A stretch of DNA of 63,974 nucleotides, filler included. It is 8 parts of 8 records of this genome, joined end to end, with 100 filler letters (N's around TTAATTAATTAA, not from the genome) between each part and the next. Parts side by side here need not be neighbours in the genome. Positions count along the whole stretch, not along the records: positions 25,745 to 39,916 come from SRR31147125_77659; positions 40,017 to 47,830 come from SRR31147125_77667; 6 more parts are not named here. One strand, written 5' to 3'. Shown here piece by piece: positions 32,304-45,359 of the stretch; position 1 is the first letter of the stretch, and every line of letters starts with the position of its first letter. The position numbers and the translations under genes were made by a program. The notes beneath the pieces were generated by a model. That model did not search any database. It was not told where the DNA came from and saw only the letters and a list, made by a program, of their open reading frames with translations.

Positions 32304-33638
32304 ATGGTTACTATGATAAGAAGTCTGCTCATCCCGCTTTTGGTTCTAATCATGTCGTCTTCCAGCATATGCCAGGCGGCAACGGAATCATTGACTCTGG
32401 ACGATTGTATTGAAATTGCTATCGGTAATAATCCCCAGATTGAAATAGCCAGGCAGCAATATTTTGGTAATACAGGCGCGCTGACCCAGGCAAAATCACT
32501 CTATTTACCCCGTCTGTCCGGTGGCGTTGGTTATGGACGCCAATATTTCGACAGTGAACAGCCCGTCACCGAAGACAACGTTGGATCCGGTCTGCTGCAG
32601 GCATCGCAGCTGATTTTTGACTTTGGGAAAACCACTGGGCTTATCGACACCCAGGCTTTCTACGTTTCCGCATCATCGGAAAACCTTGCCCAAGTATACC
32701 ACGACATCGTTTTCCAGGTAAAAAGCTCTTTTTACACGGTACTCGAAAGTAAACGACTCATCGTTGTCGCCGAAGAGGCCGTTGCCAATTATGAGCAGCA
32801 ATTGTATCGCGCTGAAAAATATTATGAGGCAGGCGTCAGGACCAGGATCGATGTCACGAACGCCCAGGTTAACCTCTCGAACCAGAAGCTCAATCTCCTG
32901 TTAGCCAATTCCGACTACAAAGCAGCACGGGTGGCACTCGAAAAAATACTCGGAAGCGTTCCAAATGGCGGCGATTATGAATCGGTCTCAAACGAACCAG
33001 CCCTTGATCAGCTCGCTGCGAAGAAACCCCAGATGCCTGGTCCCCTGGAAGAGCTCCTTGTAAGCGCAGAGCAGAACAGGCCGGGACTCAAGCAATTCCA
33101 GTTTCTCGTACAAGCCGCCGAGTCGTCGGTATCCCAGGCAGAGGGAGACTACTGGCCGACCGTCGATGCCGTTGGAAACTACAACGTATACGAAACGGAT
33201 CTCGCTTCGCTCTCTGATCAGTGGCAGATCACCGCCAGGCTCAACTGGGAATTTTTCTCCGGCTTTGAGACAGAAGGCAAGGTGGCCGAGGCTTCTGCCC
33301 AACTGCGTGAGGTAAAAGCCGGGTTAAGGGATTTCCAGTTAGAGATAATCCAGGATGTCACCGACAGCTATCTGCAGGCCGAAGCGAACCGCGAAGGCGT
33401 CGATATCGCCGCCCAAACAGTCGAGTTGGCTACAGAGAATCTGAGGCTGGCGGAAGGTCGCTACAAGGCCGGTATCGGTGACCTGCTTGAATTCAACGAC
33501 GCACAACTGCTCTACACCCAGAACCAATCAGATTTGGTCGTCACCTACTACACTTACCTCACGGCACTTGCAAGAATCGATCGGGCTATCGGCACTACTC
33601 CGGAGCTGGTGGATTATCCGTTCATGGAAGAGGAATAG
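32304..33638 (+). CDS. TolC family outer membrane protein, divergent from the RND operon
   Basis: Signal peptide; LTLDDCIEIAIGNNP, QLIFDFG and RYKAG motifs. Confidence 0.92.
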   Translation: MVTMIRSLLIPLLVLIMSSSSICQAATESLTLDDCIEIAIGNNPQIEIARQQYFGNTGALTQAKSLYLPRLSGGVGYGRQYFDSEQPVTEDNVGSGLLQASQLIFDFGKTTGLIDTQAFYVSASSENLAQVYHDIVFQVKSSFYTVLESKRLIVVAEEAVANYEQQLYRAEKYYEAGVRTRIDVTNAQVNLSNQKLNLLLANSDYKAARVALEKILGSVPNGGDYESVSNEPALDQLAAKKPQMPGPLEELLVSAEQNRPGLKQFQFLVQAAESSVSQAEGDYWPTVDAVGNYNVYETDLASLSDQWQITARLNWEFFSGFETEGKVAEASAQLREVKAGLRDFQLEIIQDVTDSYLQAEANREGVDIAAQTVELATENLRLAEGRYKAGIGDLLEFNDAQLLYTQNQSDLVVTYYTYLTALARIDRAIGTTPELVDYPFMEEE

Positions 33639-33668
33639 CTCCGAGATCTGTCGCTTCCAGAATTGTAT

Positions 33669-34217
33669 ATGGCGGAACACCCTTCCCATCACCTGGTATA
33701 CGGAACGCTGCAGGACTACCTGACCGGGGAAGAACTGACGGATACCGATGACGAACGGATCCGGCAGCGTATCAGCAGGATGATGGTCGAGGAGCTCGGC
33801 TATCATCGTGACGAACTGCACCCGAGGCTGTACATCGAAACCCTGTTTACCCGCAACTTTGTCACGTCAACCATCGATTTGACCGTTGAACTCCAGGATA
33901 AACTGGTTATGATAGTCCGCTACGGTCCGGGATCACTGGTCAGCCGGGAGCGCTCGGCGCTGGCTGCGGCCCGGGTCCTCAACGATACGTACCGGATACC
34001 TCTGGCGGTGGTGACCAACGGCAGGGATGCGATCCTGCTCGATACCATAACCGCCGGGGAACTCGGCAGCGGCATGCAGGCAATCCCGAATCGAGAATCG
34101 CTGACCGCACTGCTGCCGAACCTGATTTTTCTGCCGCCCCAGAGTGAGGAGAAACGTTTGCGGGAAAAACGCATCCTGAACGCGTTCGACCTGGAGCGGT
34201 GCTGTATCGGCATTTAA
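33669..34217 (+). CDS. Stand-alone HsdR N-terminal-like domain protein
   Basis: DYLTGEEL...DDERIRQ...LGY, then AVVTNG typical of the HsdR_N family; no hsdM or hsdS nearby. Confidence 0.7.
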   Translation: MAEHPSHHLVYGTLQDYLTGEELTDTDDERIRQRISRMMVEELGYHRDELHPRLYIETLFTRNFVTSTIDLTVELQDKLVMIVRYGPGSLVSRERSALAAARVLNDTYRIPLAVVTNGRDAILLDTITAGELGSGMQAIPNRESLTALLPNLIFLPPQSEEKRLREKRILNAFDLERCCIGI

Positions 34218-34266
34218 GAACACAAGGTAGCCACAAGACAAATTCAGACAAGACAAGGGAGTCGTC

Positions 34267-35616
34267 ATGTCATCTGTTTCACCCCAATGGAGTAAATCAA
34301 GCTGGAAATCACACGTTGCCCATCAACAGCCGAACTGGCCGGATCAGGCTGCGGTAGACAAAGTCCTCAAAGAGCTGGGAGTCCTGCCGCCGCTCGTATT
34401 TGCCGGTGAAATAAGGGCGCTCAAGGCGCTGCTCGCCAAAGCGGTAACCGGTGATGCGTTTCTGCTGCAGGGTGGTGACTGTTCAGAGAACTTTTCCCAT
34501 GTCACCGCACCCAAAATCCGTGAAACACTTAAAGTACTGCTGCAGATGGCCATTACCCTCACCTATGCCGGCGGTGTCCCGGTCATCAAGGTGGGCAGGA
34601 TCGCCGGCCAGTTCGCCAAACCTCGTTCATCCGATACGGAGACCATTGACGGTCTGGTGCTTCCATCGTATCGCGGCGACATGGTCAACGACGCAGACCC
34701 CACCGTCGATGCCCGCACGCCGAACCCGAAACGGATGCTCAAGGGATACAACATGTCCGCATCCACACTGAACCTGCTGAGGGCATTCACCCGTGGCGGT
34801 TTCGCAGCTCTGCACCGGGTCCAGGCATGGAACCAGGAATTCGTTTCTCAGTCCCCGATGGGCCGCACGTATGAACGTATGGCCCGGCAGATCGATCAGG
34901 CAATCCAGTTCATGGAAACCATCGGCATCTCGGTGGATAATCCACAAATTAACCAGGCCCAGGTATTCACGTCGCACGAGGCACTGCTGCTCGGGTACGA
35001 AGAGGCGTTGACACGGATAGACTCGACCACCGGGGACTGCTACGACTGCTCCGGCCATTTGCTGTGGATCGGAGAGAGGACCAGGCAGCTTGACGGTGCA
35101 CACGTCGAGTTCCTCCGCGGCGTGCTCAACCCGATCGGCGTCAAGGTCGGGCCCGATTACGAACTCGACAACATCAAACAGCTGGTCGAGACACTGAACC
35201 CGGAGAACGAGCCGGGCCGCCTGACCCTGATCACCAGGCTGGGCAAGGATCGTATCAGCGATGTCCTCCCGCCGCTGCTCCGAGAGATGAAACGTGAAGG
35301 CTATAACATCGTGTGGAGCTGTGACCCGATGCACGCCAACACCTTCACCGCGGAGAGTGGTCACAAGACTCGCAATTTCAACGATATCCTGTCTGAAGTC
35401 ACTAGCTTTTTCGATATCCACTGGGCGGAGGGGACCATCCCGGGAGGTGTTCATTTCGAGCTGACCGGCGACAACGTCACCGAGTGTGTCGGCGGAGCCA
35501 GAGATATCGAGGATCAGGACCTCAAGATCAACTACCAGACCACCTGCGACCCACGCCTCAACGCTGAGCAGAGCCTTGAAGTCGCATTCCAGCTGGCCGA
35601 GATGATCAGGCGCTGA
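34267..35616 (+). CDS. Class II DAHP (3-deoxy-7-phosphoheptulonate) synthase
   Basis: LLQGGDCSE, GRIAGQFAKPRS, LWIGERTRQ, CDPMHAN and CDPRLN motifs. Confidence 0.96.
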   Translation: MSSVSPQWSKSSWKSHVAHQQPNWPDQAAVDKVLKELGVLPPLVFAGEIRALKALLAKAVTGDAFLLQGGDCSENFSHVTAPKIRETLKVLLQMAITLTYAGGVPVIKVGRIAGQFAKPRSSDTETIDGLVLPSYRGDMVNDADPTVDARTPNPKRMLKGYNMSASTLNLLRAFTRGGFAALHRVQAWNQEFVSQSPMGRTYERMARQIDQAIQFMETIGISVDNPQINQAQVFTSHEALLLGYEEALTRIDSTTGDCYDCSGHLLWIGERTRQLDGAHVEFLRGVLNPIGVKVGPDYELDNIKQLVETLNPENEPGRLTLITRLGKDRISDVLPPLLREMKREGYNIVWSCDPMHANTFTAESGHKTRNFNDILSEVTSFFDIHWAEGTIPGGVHFELTGDNVTECVGGARDIEDQDLKINYQTTCDPRLNAEQSLEVAFQLAEMIRR

Positions 35617-35627
35617 CCATTGCCCGT

Positions 35628-35658
35628 CCCAACCGGGGTCCCTGTCACCCCGGTTGGG
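35628..35658 (+). terminator. Stem-loop after DAHP synthase
   Basis: Perfect 12-bp stem CCCAACCGGGGT / ACCCCGGTTGGG. Confidence 0.7.
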
Positions 35659-35788
35659 AAATTTCCTTTCATTACACCAAGATTACAAATCGGTAATCTC
35701 GGCCGATCCTGCTTGACCCCTCTACCCAACCGTTTACAGTTTGAGTCATAGCGCGCACCCATTCACGCCAATCAACAAGGAGATTGCT

Positions 35789-37243
35789 ATGACTCAAATC
35801 AGGGAAAAATCAGTTAATCCGATACTGATCATTGTAGCCGCATCGCTGATGCTGCTCGCACCTCTTGTGATGAGAGATGCTCATGCTGCATCGGCCGACG
35901 TCGATATATTGAAAAAATCATCGAGGGCATTCACCCGGGTTGTCAAGGATGTCAAACCGGCCGTTGTCCACATCGCCGTGGAAAGCACCGTCTCGATGAA
36001 TCGTGATTACGAGCAGTTCTTCAACAACCCCTTTTTCGAACGATTTTTCGGTCCCCAGTTCCGTTACCAGGATCCCCATCAACAAAAGCGGAAACAACAG
36101 GGAGCCGGGTCCGGATTCATCATCGATAAAGAGGGACACATCCTCACCAACAACCATGTCGTCGAAAACGCCGACAAGATAACCGTCACCCTGTCGGACA
36201 ACACCAAAGTCGAGGCAGAGCTGATCGGTTCAGACCCCAAATCGGATGTCGCCCTGATCAAGATCGATGCAGACCACAATCTCCCGGTGGTGGAATTCGG
36301 TAACTCAGATAATCTTGAAGTGGGAGAGTGGGTCATTGCGATCGGCAACCCGTTCGGACTCAGCCAGACCGTGACGGTCGGCATCGTCAGTGCCACAGGA
36401 CGGAGCCGTGTCGGCATCAATGAATATGAAAACTTCATCCAGACTGATGCGGCTATCAACCCGGGCAACTCGGGCGGTCCGCTGCTTAACATCGACGGAC
36501 AGGTTGTCGGCATCAACTCCGCACTCTACAGCAGGACCGGCGGGTACATGGGAATTGGGTTCGCAATCCCAATCAACATGGCCGAGTTTATCAAGCAGCA
36601 GCTGCTCGACAATGGCAAGGTGACGAGAGGGTATCTCGGCGTCGGCATCCAGGATGTGGATGAGAGCCTGGCCGAATCGTTCGGACTCGACAAAGCCGGA
36701 GGTGTATTGATCACCGATGTCCAGGACGATACCCCCGCCGCGGATGCAGGCTTCAAGAGCCAGGATATCATCGTCACCATGGGCGGTTCGGAAATCAAGG
36801 ATACCCAGCAACTGCGCAACCGTGTTGCCGAGACCATTCCGGGAACCACCATCGATATGCAGGTAATCAGGGATGGGAAGCCGAAGGATCTGCAGGTGAC
36901 CATCGGAGAGCAACCGGAAAATTTTGGATCGATTGCCTCCGCCGGCCCCACCGCGAACCCGCTGGAACCGTTTGGCCTGGCCCTGCAGGAACTGACTCCC
37001 GATATCGCAGAACAGCTCGGCTACAAGGATCGTCAGGGGCTGGTCATCAGTGAAGTAGCTCCCGGCAGCCCGGCCGCTGAGTTTGGCCTGAAGCCGGGTC
37101 TGCTGATCGAAGAAGTGCAGAAGGTCAAGGTAGCGAGCCTTGCCGAGCTGGGCCAGATCATGGCCCAGGCAGGTGATGCGGATCGGGTCCTGCTGCGCGT
37201 CCGCAGCGGCAACAACAGCCGCTATATCGTGCTGAAGAAATAG
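35789..37243 (+). CDS. degQ: DegQ/DegP (Do) family serine endoprotease with two PDZ domains
   Basis: GSGFII, TNNHVV and QTDAAINPGNSGGPL motifs; AAGGAG SD before ATG 35789. Confidence 0.93.
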   Translation: MTQIREKSVNPILIIVAASLMLLAPLVMRDAHAASADVDILKKSSRAFTRVVKDVKPAVVHIAVESTVSMNRDYEQFFNNPFFERFFGPQFRYQDPHQQKRKQQGAGSGFIIDKEGHILTNNHVVENADKITVTLSDNTKVEAELIGSDPKSDVALIKIDADHNLPVVEFGNSDNLEVGEWVIAIGNPFGLSQTVTVGIVSATGRSRVGINEYENFIQTDAAINPGNSGGPLLNIDGQVVGINSALYSRTGGYMGIGFAIPINMAEFIKQQLLDNGKVTRGYLGVGIQDVDESLAESFGLDKAGGVLITDVQDDTPAADAGFKSQDIIVTMGGSEIKDTQQLRNRVAETIPGTTIDMQVIRDGKPKDLQVTIGEQPENFGSIASAGPTANPLEPFGLALQELTPDIAEQLGYKDRQGLVISEVAPGSPAAEFGLKPGLLIEEVQKVKVASLAELGQIMAQAGDADRVLLRVRSGNNSRYIVLKK

Positions 37244-37281
37244 GAAACAACATGCAGACGAGATTCCTGCATTAAAGCAAC

Positions 37282-37314
37282 CAGCCGGACCCGTTTACAA
37301 TCCGGGTCCGGCTG
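37282..37314. terminator. Terminator between convergent degQ and lon
   Basis: Perfect 12-bp stem CAGCCGGACCCG / CGGGTCCGGCTG, followed by a T-rich tract. Confidence 0.75.
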
Positions 37315-37323
37315 ATTTGTTTA

Positions 37324-39767
<2,444 letters not shown>

Positions 39768-39916
39768 GAAGTATCCTTTTATCCGTTTCTGATTATATGG
39801 GAACAGGGATGTTGCCGGCGACATAGGCCGGAAATACTCCCTCCACGTAAAATTTTATGACAGGAACGAAAATTGGCAACAGCCAGAGCCACTACCTCCG
39901 GAAATATACCCCGAAA

Positions 39917-40016
39917 NNNNNNNNNNNNNNNNNNNNNNNNNNNNNNNNNNNNNNNNNNNNTTAATTAATTAANNNNNNNNNNNNNNNNNNNNNNNNNNNN
40001 NNNNNNNNNNNNNNNN
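39917..40016. other. Artificial contig spacer 5
   Basis: Same linker. Confidence 0.98.
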
Positions 40017-40157
40017 TTTTTCAGACGGATCCGACGGTGCGGGTGTCGGAGCGGCAGCGCAACTTGCAATTAATAAAATCGCAAAAACTGCGGCTGTCGT
40101 TCGAATCTTTTTGATGAAAGTATGAATGATCCTTCCCCTTAATATTAAAAGAGGCAA
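40017..40157 (-). CDS. Lipoprotein N-terminus, truncated
   Basis: KKIRTTAAVFAILLIASC: signal peptide with a lipobox. Confidence 0.45.
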
Positions 40158-42630
40158 TCACAAGGGATTGCCCTTTCAAATTTAAACAAACAGTGTCGGC
40201 AGCGGCGTTGACGATTGATGGATCACGATGTTTCCTCTTTGTCGCTCTCCTTCTTTTCGCCGGGCTCTTCTTTCTGGATAGCTTCAGACCTAAAGCGGTC
40301 TTGAGCACCACATCCATTTTATCGGTAAAGGTAAAACCCATACTCTCTTTGACGTTGTCCGGAATGTCTTCCATATCTTTTTCATTCCATTGGGGAAGAA
40401 GCACATCGGTGATACCGGCTCTGTGCGCGGCAATCACCTTCTCCTTGATGCCTCCCACCGGAAGCACATCTCCCCGAAGGGTGATTTCTCCGGTCATGGC
40501 AAATTTCTTTTTGACGAGTTTTCCCGAGGCAAGGGAGGCCAGAGCGGTCAGCATGGTGACACCGGCAGACGGTCCATCTTTGGGAATGGCACCGGCAGGC
40601 ACATGGATATGAATCTCGTGCTTTTCAAAGAATTCCGCATCAATGCCGAATTTATCCACGTTGGCCTTAAGAAAACTCATGGCGGTTCGGGCCGACTCTT
40701 TCATGACATCTCCCAACTGGCCCGTCAGGATCAGTCCTTTACCCTTCATGGCGGTGGCCTCGACAAAGAGAATATCCCCGCCCACAGGCGTCCATGCCAG
40801 CCCCACCACCACACCGGGAACGGAGATGTCGGCACCGTTTTCCTGTCGGTTTCGGACGGGTCCCAGGTACTCATAAAGATCTCTTTTACCAATGGAAACC
40901 TTTTCTTCCTCTTCTTCGGCGATTTTACTGGCCACCCCGCGGCAAACCGACCCGATCTCCCGTTCCAGATTTCGGAGACCAGACTCTTTGGTATAGCCGG
41001 CGATAATATCCCGGATGGCCGCCGGAGAGAATTTGATTTGGCCGGACTTCAACCCATTGGCTTCCCGCTGCCTTGGAATGAGATACTTGGTGGCGATCTT
41101 CATTTTTTCATCTTCGGTGTATCCGTTGAGCTCCAGCACCTCCATTCGATCCCGAAGGGGGGCCGGAATGGTGTGAAGCACATTGGCGGTGGTGAGAAAG
41201 ATGACGTCGGTCAGATCAAAGGGGACATCGAGATAATGATCGGTGAAGGAGTAGTTCTGTTCCGGATCCAGTACTTCCAAGAGAGCGGAGGATGGATCGC
41301 CGTGGTAGGATGAGCTCACCTTGTCGATCTCGTCCAGCATGAAGACCGGGTTGTTTTGCCCCGCGCGTCGAATTTCCTGGATGATACGACCGGGCAGTGC
41401 CCCCACATAAGTGCGCCTGTGGCCCCGGATCTCGGCTTCGTCGCGGATGCCGCCAAGGGCGATTCTGACGAATTTTCGTCCAAGTGACCTGGCGATGGAG
41501 CGCCCAAGCGACGTCTTCCCCGTACCCGGAGGGCCGAAAAAGCAAAGAATCGGGCCTTTGGAATCGTTTTTAAGTTTACGAACGGCTAAGTATTCCAGGA
41601 TACGCTTTTTAGGCTTTTCCAGTCCGTAGTGATCCTGATCCAGAATTTTACGCGCCTCTTTGATATCCAGTTTATCTTCGGATTTTTCGTTCCACGGAAG
41701 GGCGGTGAGCCAATCGAGATAGGTGGAGGCCACGACATATTCAGAGGATGAGGGGTGCATTCTAGAAAGGCGCTTGAGCTCTCGATCCGCTTCTTTGGCC
41801 GCCTCTTCGGGAAGGCCTTTGGCAGCGATCTTTTCCCGGTACTCTTCCACTTCAACGCTTTCGTCATCGGTCTCTCCCAGCTCTTCCCGGATCGCTTTGA
41901 GCTGTTGCCGGAGATAATATTCCCGCTGGCGCTTATCCATATCTTCTTTGACCTGGCTCTGGATTTTAGAGCCCATTTCCAGAATTTCCAACTGATCGTT
42001 CACAAGGCGCGTCACTTTTTTGAGCCGTATCTTCACATCAAGCATTTCGATGACATTCTGCTTTTCCACAATGGGGGCATTGATGGTGGAAGCCACCATG
42101 TCGGCAAGAATATCCGGTTCCTGAATCGATTTCACCATGGCGGCAATCTCCGCCGGAAGCCCTGGGGAGAGACTGACGATTCGCTCATATTGCTCTACGA
42201 TGTTGGCCATCAGTGCTTTGGTCTCTTTATCGTCGGAGATGTTGGTGCTCTCCAGTACCTCGATACGGGCCTGCAAATAGGGTTTCCCGTCCAGATACTC
42301 AACGACCTTGAATCGACTCAATCCCTGGATCAAAAGCTGGGCTTTGTTCTCTTCCATCTTCGCCATCTTCAAAATCACGGCAACGGTTCCCATGATGTGG
42401 AGATCGCTTGCTTTGTGTTTCGATCCGATATCGGAGCGTTTGGAGAGAAGAAGCCCTAAAATTCTGTTACCGGCCATGCATTCATCGATCAGTTCAATGG
42501 CCTCCTGCTGCATGATCACTAAGGGCAGTACCATCTTCGGGAACAGGTTGGTATCGACGATGGGAAGAAGGGGAAGTGTGTCCGGGATATGGTCGGGACT
42601 GACATTTACTGAAGTCTGAATTTCATTCAT
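40021..42630 (-). CDS. lon: ATP-dependent Lon protease; true stop probably near 40223
   Basis: GPPGTGKTS, GHRRTYVGA, LDEIDK and PKDGPSAG motifs; an alternative frame near 40285 gives EAIQKEEPGEKKESDKEETS*, so the long tail is probably an indel artefact. Confidence 0.95.
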   Translation of the reverse strand: MNEIQTSVNVSPDHIPDTLPLLPIVDTNLFPKMVLPLVIMQQEAIELIDECMAGNRILGLLLSKRSDIGSKHKASDLHIMGTVAVILKMAKMEENKAQLLIQGLSRFKVVEYLDGKPYLQARIEVLESTNISDDKETKALMANIVEQYERIVSLSPGLPAEIAAMVKSIQEPDILADMVASTINAPIVEKQNVIEMLDVKIRLKKVTRLVNDQLEILEMGSKIQSQVKEDMDKRQREYYLRQQLKAIREELGETDDESVEVEEYREKIAAKGLPEEAAKEADRELKRLSRMHPSSSEYVVASTYLDWLTALPWNEKSEDKLDIKEARKILDQDHYGLEKPKKRILEYLAVRKLKNDSKGPILCFFGPPGTGKTSLGRSIARSLGRKFVRIALGGIRDEAEIRGHRRTYVGALPGRIIQEIRRAGQNNPVFMLDEIDKVSSSYHGDPSSALLEVLDPEQNYSFTDHYLDVPFDLTDVIFLTTANVLHTIPAPLRDRMEVLELNGYTEDEKMKIATKYLIPRQREANGLKSGQIKFSPAAIRDIIAGYTKESGLRNLEREIGSVCRGVASKIAEEEEEKVSIGKRDLYEYLGPVRNRQENGADISVPGVVVGLAWTPVGGDILFVEATAMKGKGLILTGQLGDVMKESARTAMSFLKANVDKFGIDAEFFEKHEIHIHVPAGAIPKDGPSAGVTMLTALASLASGKLVKKKFAMTGEITLRGDVLPVGGIKEKVIAAHRAGITDVLLPQWNEKDMEDIPDNVKESMGFTFTDKMDVVLKTALGLKLSRKKSPAKRRRATKRKHRDPSIVNAAADTVCLNLKGQSLVIASFNIKGKDHSYFHQKDSNDSRSFCDFINCKLRCRSDTRTVGSV

Positions 42631-42669
42631 GGAAAATATCCTATGTGCTGTTCTTTTATTTTGAAATGG

Positions 42670-43104
42670 TTAAGAGAGTTCTATCTTTTGTGGTTTTTGT
42701 ATCGGAAGTTTAGCAAGAGTCAGTTCAATAAAACCATTATAAAAAGATGCAGTCACTTTTTCCGTATCGATTAGGGAAGGAAGATAGAGAATTCGTTCAA
42801 AGGGGCCGAATTGAACTTCGGCCAGTCGATAGGTGGCCGGTGCATGGGGGGGCTTACGGGATCGGGTACCGGAAATTTTAACCGCCTTATTGGTGACCTC
42901 AATGGAGATATCATCCTTTTCCACACCGGCAATTTCCGCTTGAATGATAATTTCCATTTTGGTCTCCATCATGTCCATCTGGGGTTTCCAGAGCCGTTTG
43001 GTGAGACAGAACATAGGATTCATGGAGAACATATCATGGGCCGACTTTTCACCTTTGGCGGATCGTTCAAAATCTTCGCCAAAGTGTATTTCAATAAATT
43101 CCAT
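42670..43104 (-). CDS. Hsp20/alpha-crystallin family protein
   Basis: WKPQMDM, AEIAGV, GPFERILYLP and NGFIELTL motifs; directly upstream of lon. Confidence 0.9.
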   Translation of the reverse strand: MEFIEIHFGEDFERSAKGEKSAHDMFSMNPMFCLTKRLWKPQMDMMETKMEIIIQAEIAGVEKDDISIEVTNKAVKISGTRSRKPPHAPATYRLAEVQFGPFERILYLPSLIDTEKVTASFYNGFIELTLAKLPIQKPQKIELS

Positions 43105-43533
43105 AAAGAAAACTCCTGACGCTGCATTGTTACTGATAAACCACCTGGGAGGCCCGATATATGACGTCGGACCCTGCCCGTCAATGTAAAGATCAAAAAA
43201 GAGGCATCGATCTTTTCAAGACCCAACTACCGGTCAATTAATTAATTTAACATTGCCGTTTTTACTTGTAAAGTTTCGAAGGGCAAGTTCAGCAATTTTA
43301 TATTTAGCTTGTCGAAAAAAACACCAGTTTTACCTCTCCATTCCCCTGCAAAAGAAAACCGCAACCGATGGAAAGCCTTTGTTCTCTCAACTCGTCTTAA
43401 ACGTATTGAGTCGACCTTGGATTTCCCCGCTTCTCCGGCCAGGCCACTTGGATGGTGATATTCTGCGCCAATAGAAAAGGCATGACATCGCACTGAATGG
43501 TTAGCGATGCCATGCCTTAACAAAATGAAATCA

Positions 43534-43566
43534 AAAGAGATATCGGAACGTCAGGAATATCTCTTT
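43534..43566 (-). terminator. Putative terminator downstream of the AOR gene
   Basis: AAAGAGATAT / ATATCTCTTT inverted repeat. Confidence 0.5.
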
Positions 43567-43625
43567 CGATTCATGGGGGATTTTCATCAGAGACAGCGGT
43601 TGACGCTGTCTTTATACGTATCAAT

Positions 43626-45359
43626 TTAGAAGTTGAGGGTCTCCTGAAGATCATCCTCGGTGAAGTCCCAATCCGTGTTATGGGGCGGAAACTGCTTTTT
43701 AAACATCTCAGGCAGTTGATCATCCTGTTTGGTGAATCCGGCTCTTTTGTTGAACTCTTTTTCATCGTTGAGGATGGACTGTCCAAGCGCCACCACATCA
43801 TCGGGGGTGAGGCTGAGGCCGTGCTGGGCATTGATCAGATCCACAATGGTCTGTACGCCGTCTTCGTTATCCAGTACTGCAAATGCGACAAAGAGACAAA
43901 GGCCTGCCGCGTCAATGGCTGCAGTGGCGATCTGAAGGTTCTTGGAAAGCTCCACATTGCCCTCTTTTTTCAACGGATCGACATCGCCGCCCACCTTGAG
44001 GATGTTGGCGGTAACCCCGTATCCGGCGGTATGATCCGCACCCATGGGAGAGGTGGCATAGGTGACACCAACGCCTTTTACCGCTCTCGGGTCATAGGCG
44101 GGAAGGGCTTGCTTTTTCACCACAGGAACGCGATCCACACCCAGGGCATCGCCCACAAATGCCGCACCATTACCGAGGATCTTTCCTTTTTCAGAGCCTT
44201 TTCCCATCTCATTCAAGAGATCAATGGAGGCTTTGCCGTCTCCCCAGGGCACCATACCGCCTTCCATGGCGACCCCCAATGCCACGCCGGTCTCGATGGT
44301 GTCGACACCGAAATCGTCACACTGTCTATCCATCATGGCAATGTCATCAAGGTCCTTGATGGTGGTGTGGGCACCAAATGCCCAGAGGGTCTCGTATTCG
44401 AATCCGGCGGTGAGTTGTTTGCCGTCCTTGTCGTTGTAAACCTGAGAGCATCGAATGATACAACCGGGATGACATCCTTCAGATACGATACCGCCGCGGG
44501 CTTCGATGTTTTCAACCATCTTTTCGCCGCTGATATCCTGGGCATGATCGAAGCGGCCGTCCCTGAAGTTCTTTGTGGGAAGCGCACCGGCTTCGTTGAT
44601 GACATTTACCAAAACCGCCGTACCAAGGCCGGGCAGACCTTCACCGGTTACCGGATGGGAGTTGAGCATCTTCACCCATCGTTTGTTGGCGGCTTTGAAT
44701 GCATCGGGATCGGCCATTTTGAGGCGATCACACCCTTTGTCATCGACCACAATGGCTTTGATCTGCTTGGATCCCATAACGGCCCCCAATCCACCACGAC
44801 CGACGGCTCTTCCCGGTGTTCCTTTGAGATCTGCGGATTGAATGCTGGCAGCTTTCAGGCGTTGTTCACCAGCTTGACCAATACTCATTACACCGCTGTT
44901 TTTTCCGTATTTATCCCAAAGTTTGGCAATGGTTTCGTAATTGCCCATTCCGACATACTCATCTGCAGGCAGAATTTCCACCCCATCTTTTTTGATGACG
45001 ATCATCTTGAAGGTATCATCGTCTTCTGCAGGTTTGCCTTCCAGAACAACGGCGCTGATCTGTAGTCTTGCCAACTTCTGGGAAACAAATCCGCCGGAGT
45101 TACTCTCTTTGATACCGCCGGTCAGAGGGGATTTGGCGCCAACAGAGAGTCGGCCGGAGTTGGCAGCCGGGGAGCCGGTCAGGATTCCGGGGGCCATAAC
45201 GAGTTTGTTGGCTTCTCCCAAGGGGTGGCAGGTGGCAGGTACTTCATTGAGGACCAATTTGGAAGTGAGGGCACGTCCACCAAGACCAGCGTATGTTTCC
45301 GGGGTTTCTTCGAAGGTAAACGTTCGAGTTTCGGTATTGATTCTAAGTATCTTAGACAT
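43626..45359 (-). CDS. aor: Aldehyde:ferredoxin oxidoreductase (tungsten AOR family)
   Basis: KSPLTGGIKESNSGG, GRGGLGAVMGSK, CHPGCIIRC, EYET, DTIE and YDPR motifs. Confidence 0.93.
   Translation of the reverse strand: MSKILRINTETRTFTFEETPETYAGLGGRALTSKLVLNEVPATCHPLGEANKLVMAPGILTGSPAANSGRLSVGAKSPLTGGIKESNSGGFVSQKLARLQISAVVLEGKPAEDDDTFKMIVIKKDGVEILPADEYVGMGNYETIAKLWDKYGKNSGVMSIGQAGEQRLKAASIQSADLKGTPGRAVGRGGLGAVMGSKQIKAIVVDDKGCDRLKMADPDAFKAANKRWVKMLNSHPVTGEGLPGLGTAVLVNVINEAGALPTKNFRDGRFDHAQDISGEKMVENIEARGGIVSEGCHPGCIIRCSQVYNDKDGKQLTAGFEYETLWAFGAHTTIKDLDDIAMMDRQCDDFGVDTIETGVALGVAMEGGMVPWGDGKASIDLLNEMGKGSEKGKILGNGAAFVGDALGVDRVPVVKKQALPAYDPRAVKGVGVTYATSPMGADHTAGYGVTANILKVGGDVDPLKKEGNVELSKNLQIATAAIDAAGLCLFVAFAVLDNEDGVQTIVDLINAQHGLSLTPDDVVALGQSILNDEKEFNKRAGFTKQDDQLPEMFKKQFPPHNTDWDFTEDDLQETLNF

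Noticed and set aside
33669-34217. Type I restriction-modification system
   Set aside because: Only a small N-terminal-like domain; no helicase, hsdM or hsdS
40021-40290. Novel basic C-terminal extension on Lon
   Set aside because: An alternative frame gives a natural acidic tail and a stop near 40223, and the extension overlaps the next lipoprotein gene
43680-45065. Long antisense ORFs (for example 43680-45065, 1115-2131, 40390-41313, 34627-35454, 24800-25603)
   Set aside because: Shadow frames of well-supported genes, with no recognisable motifs
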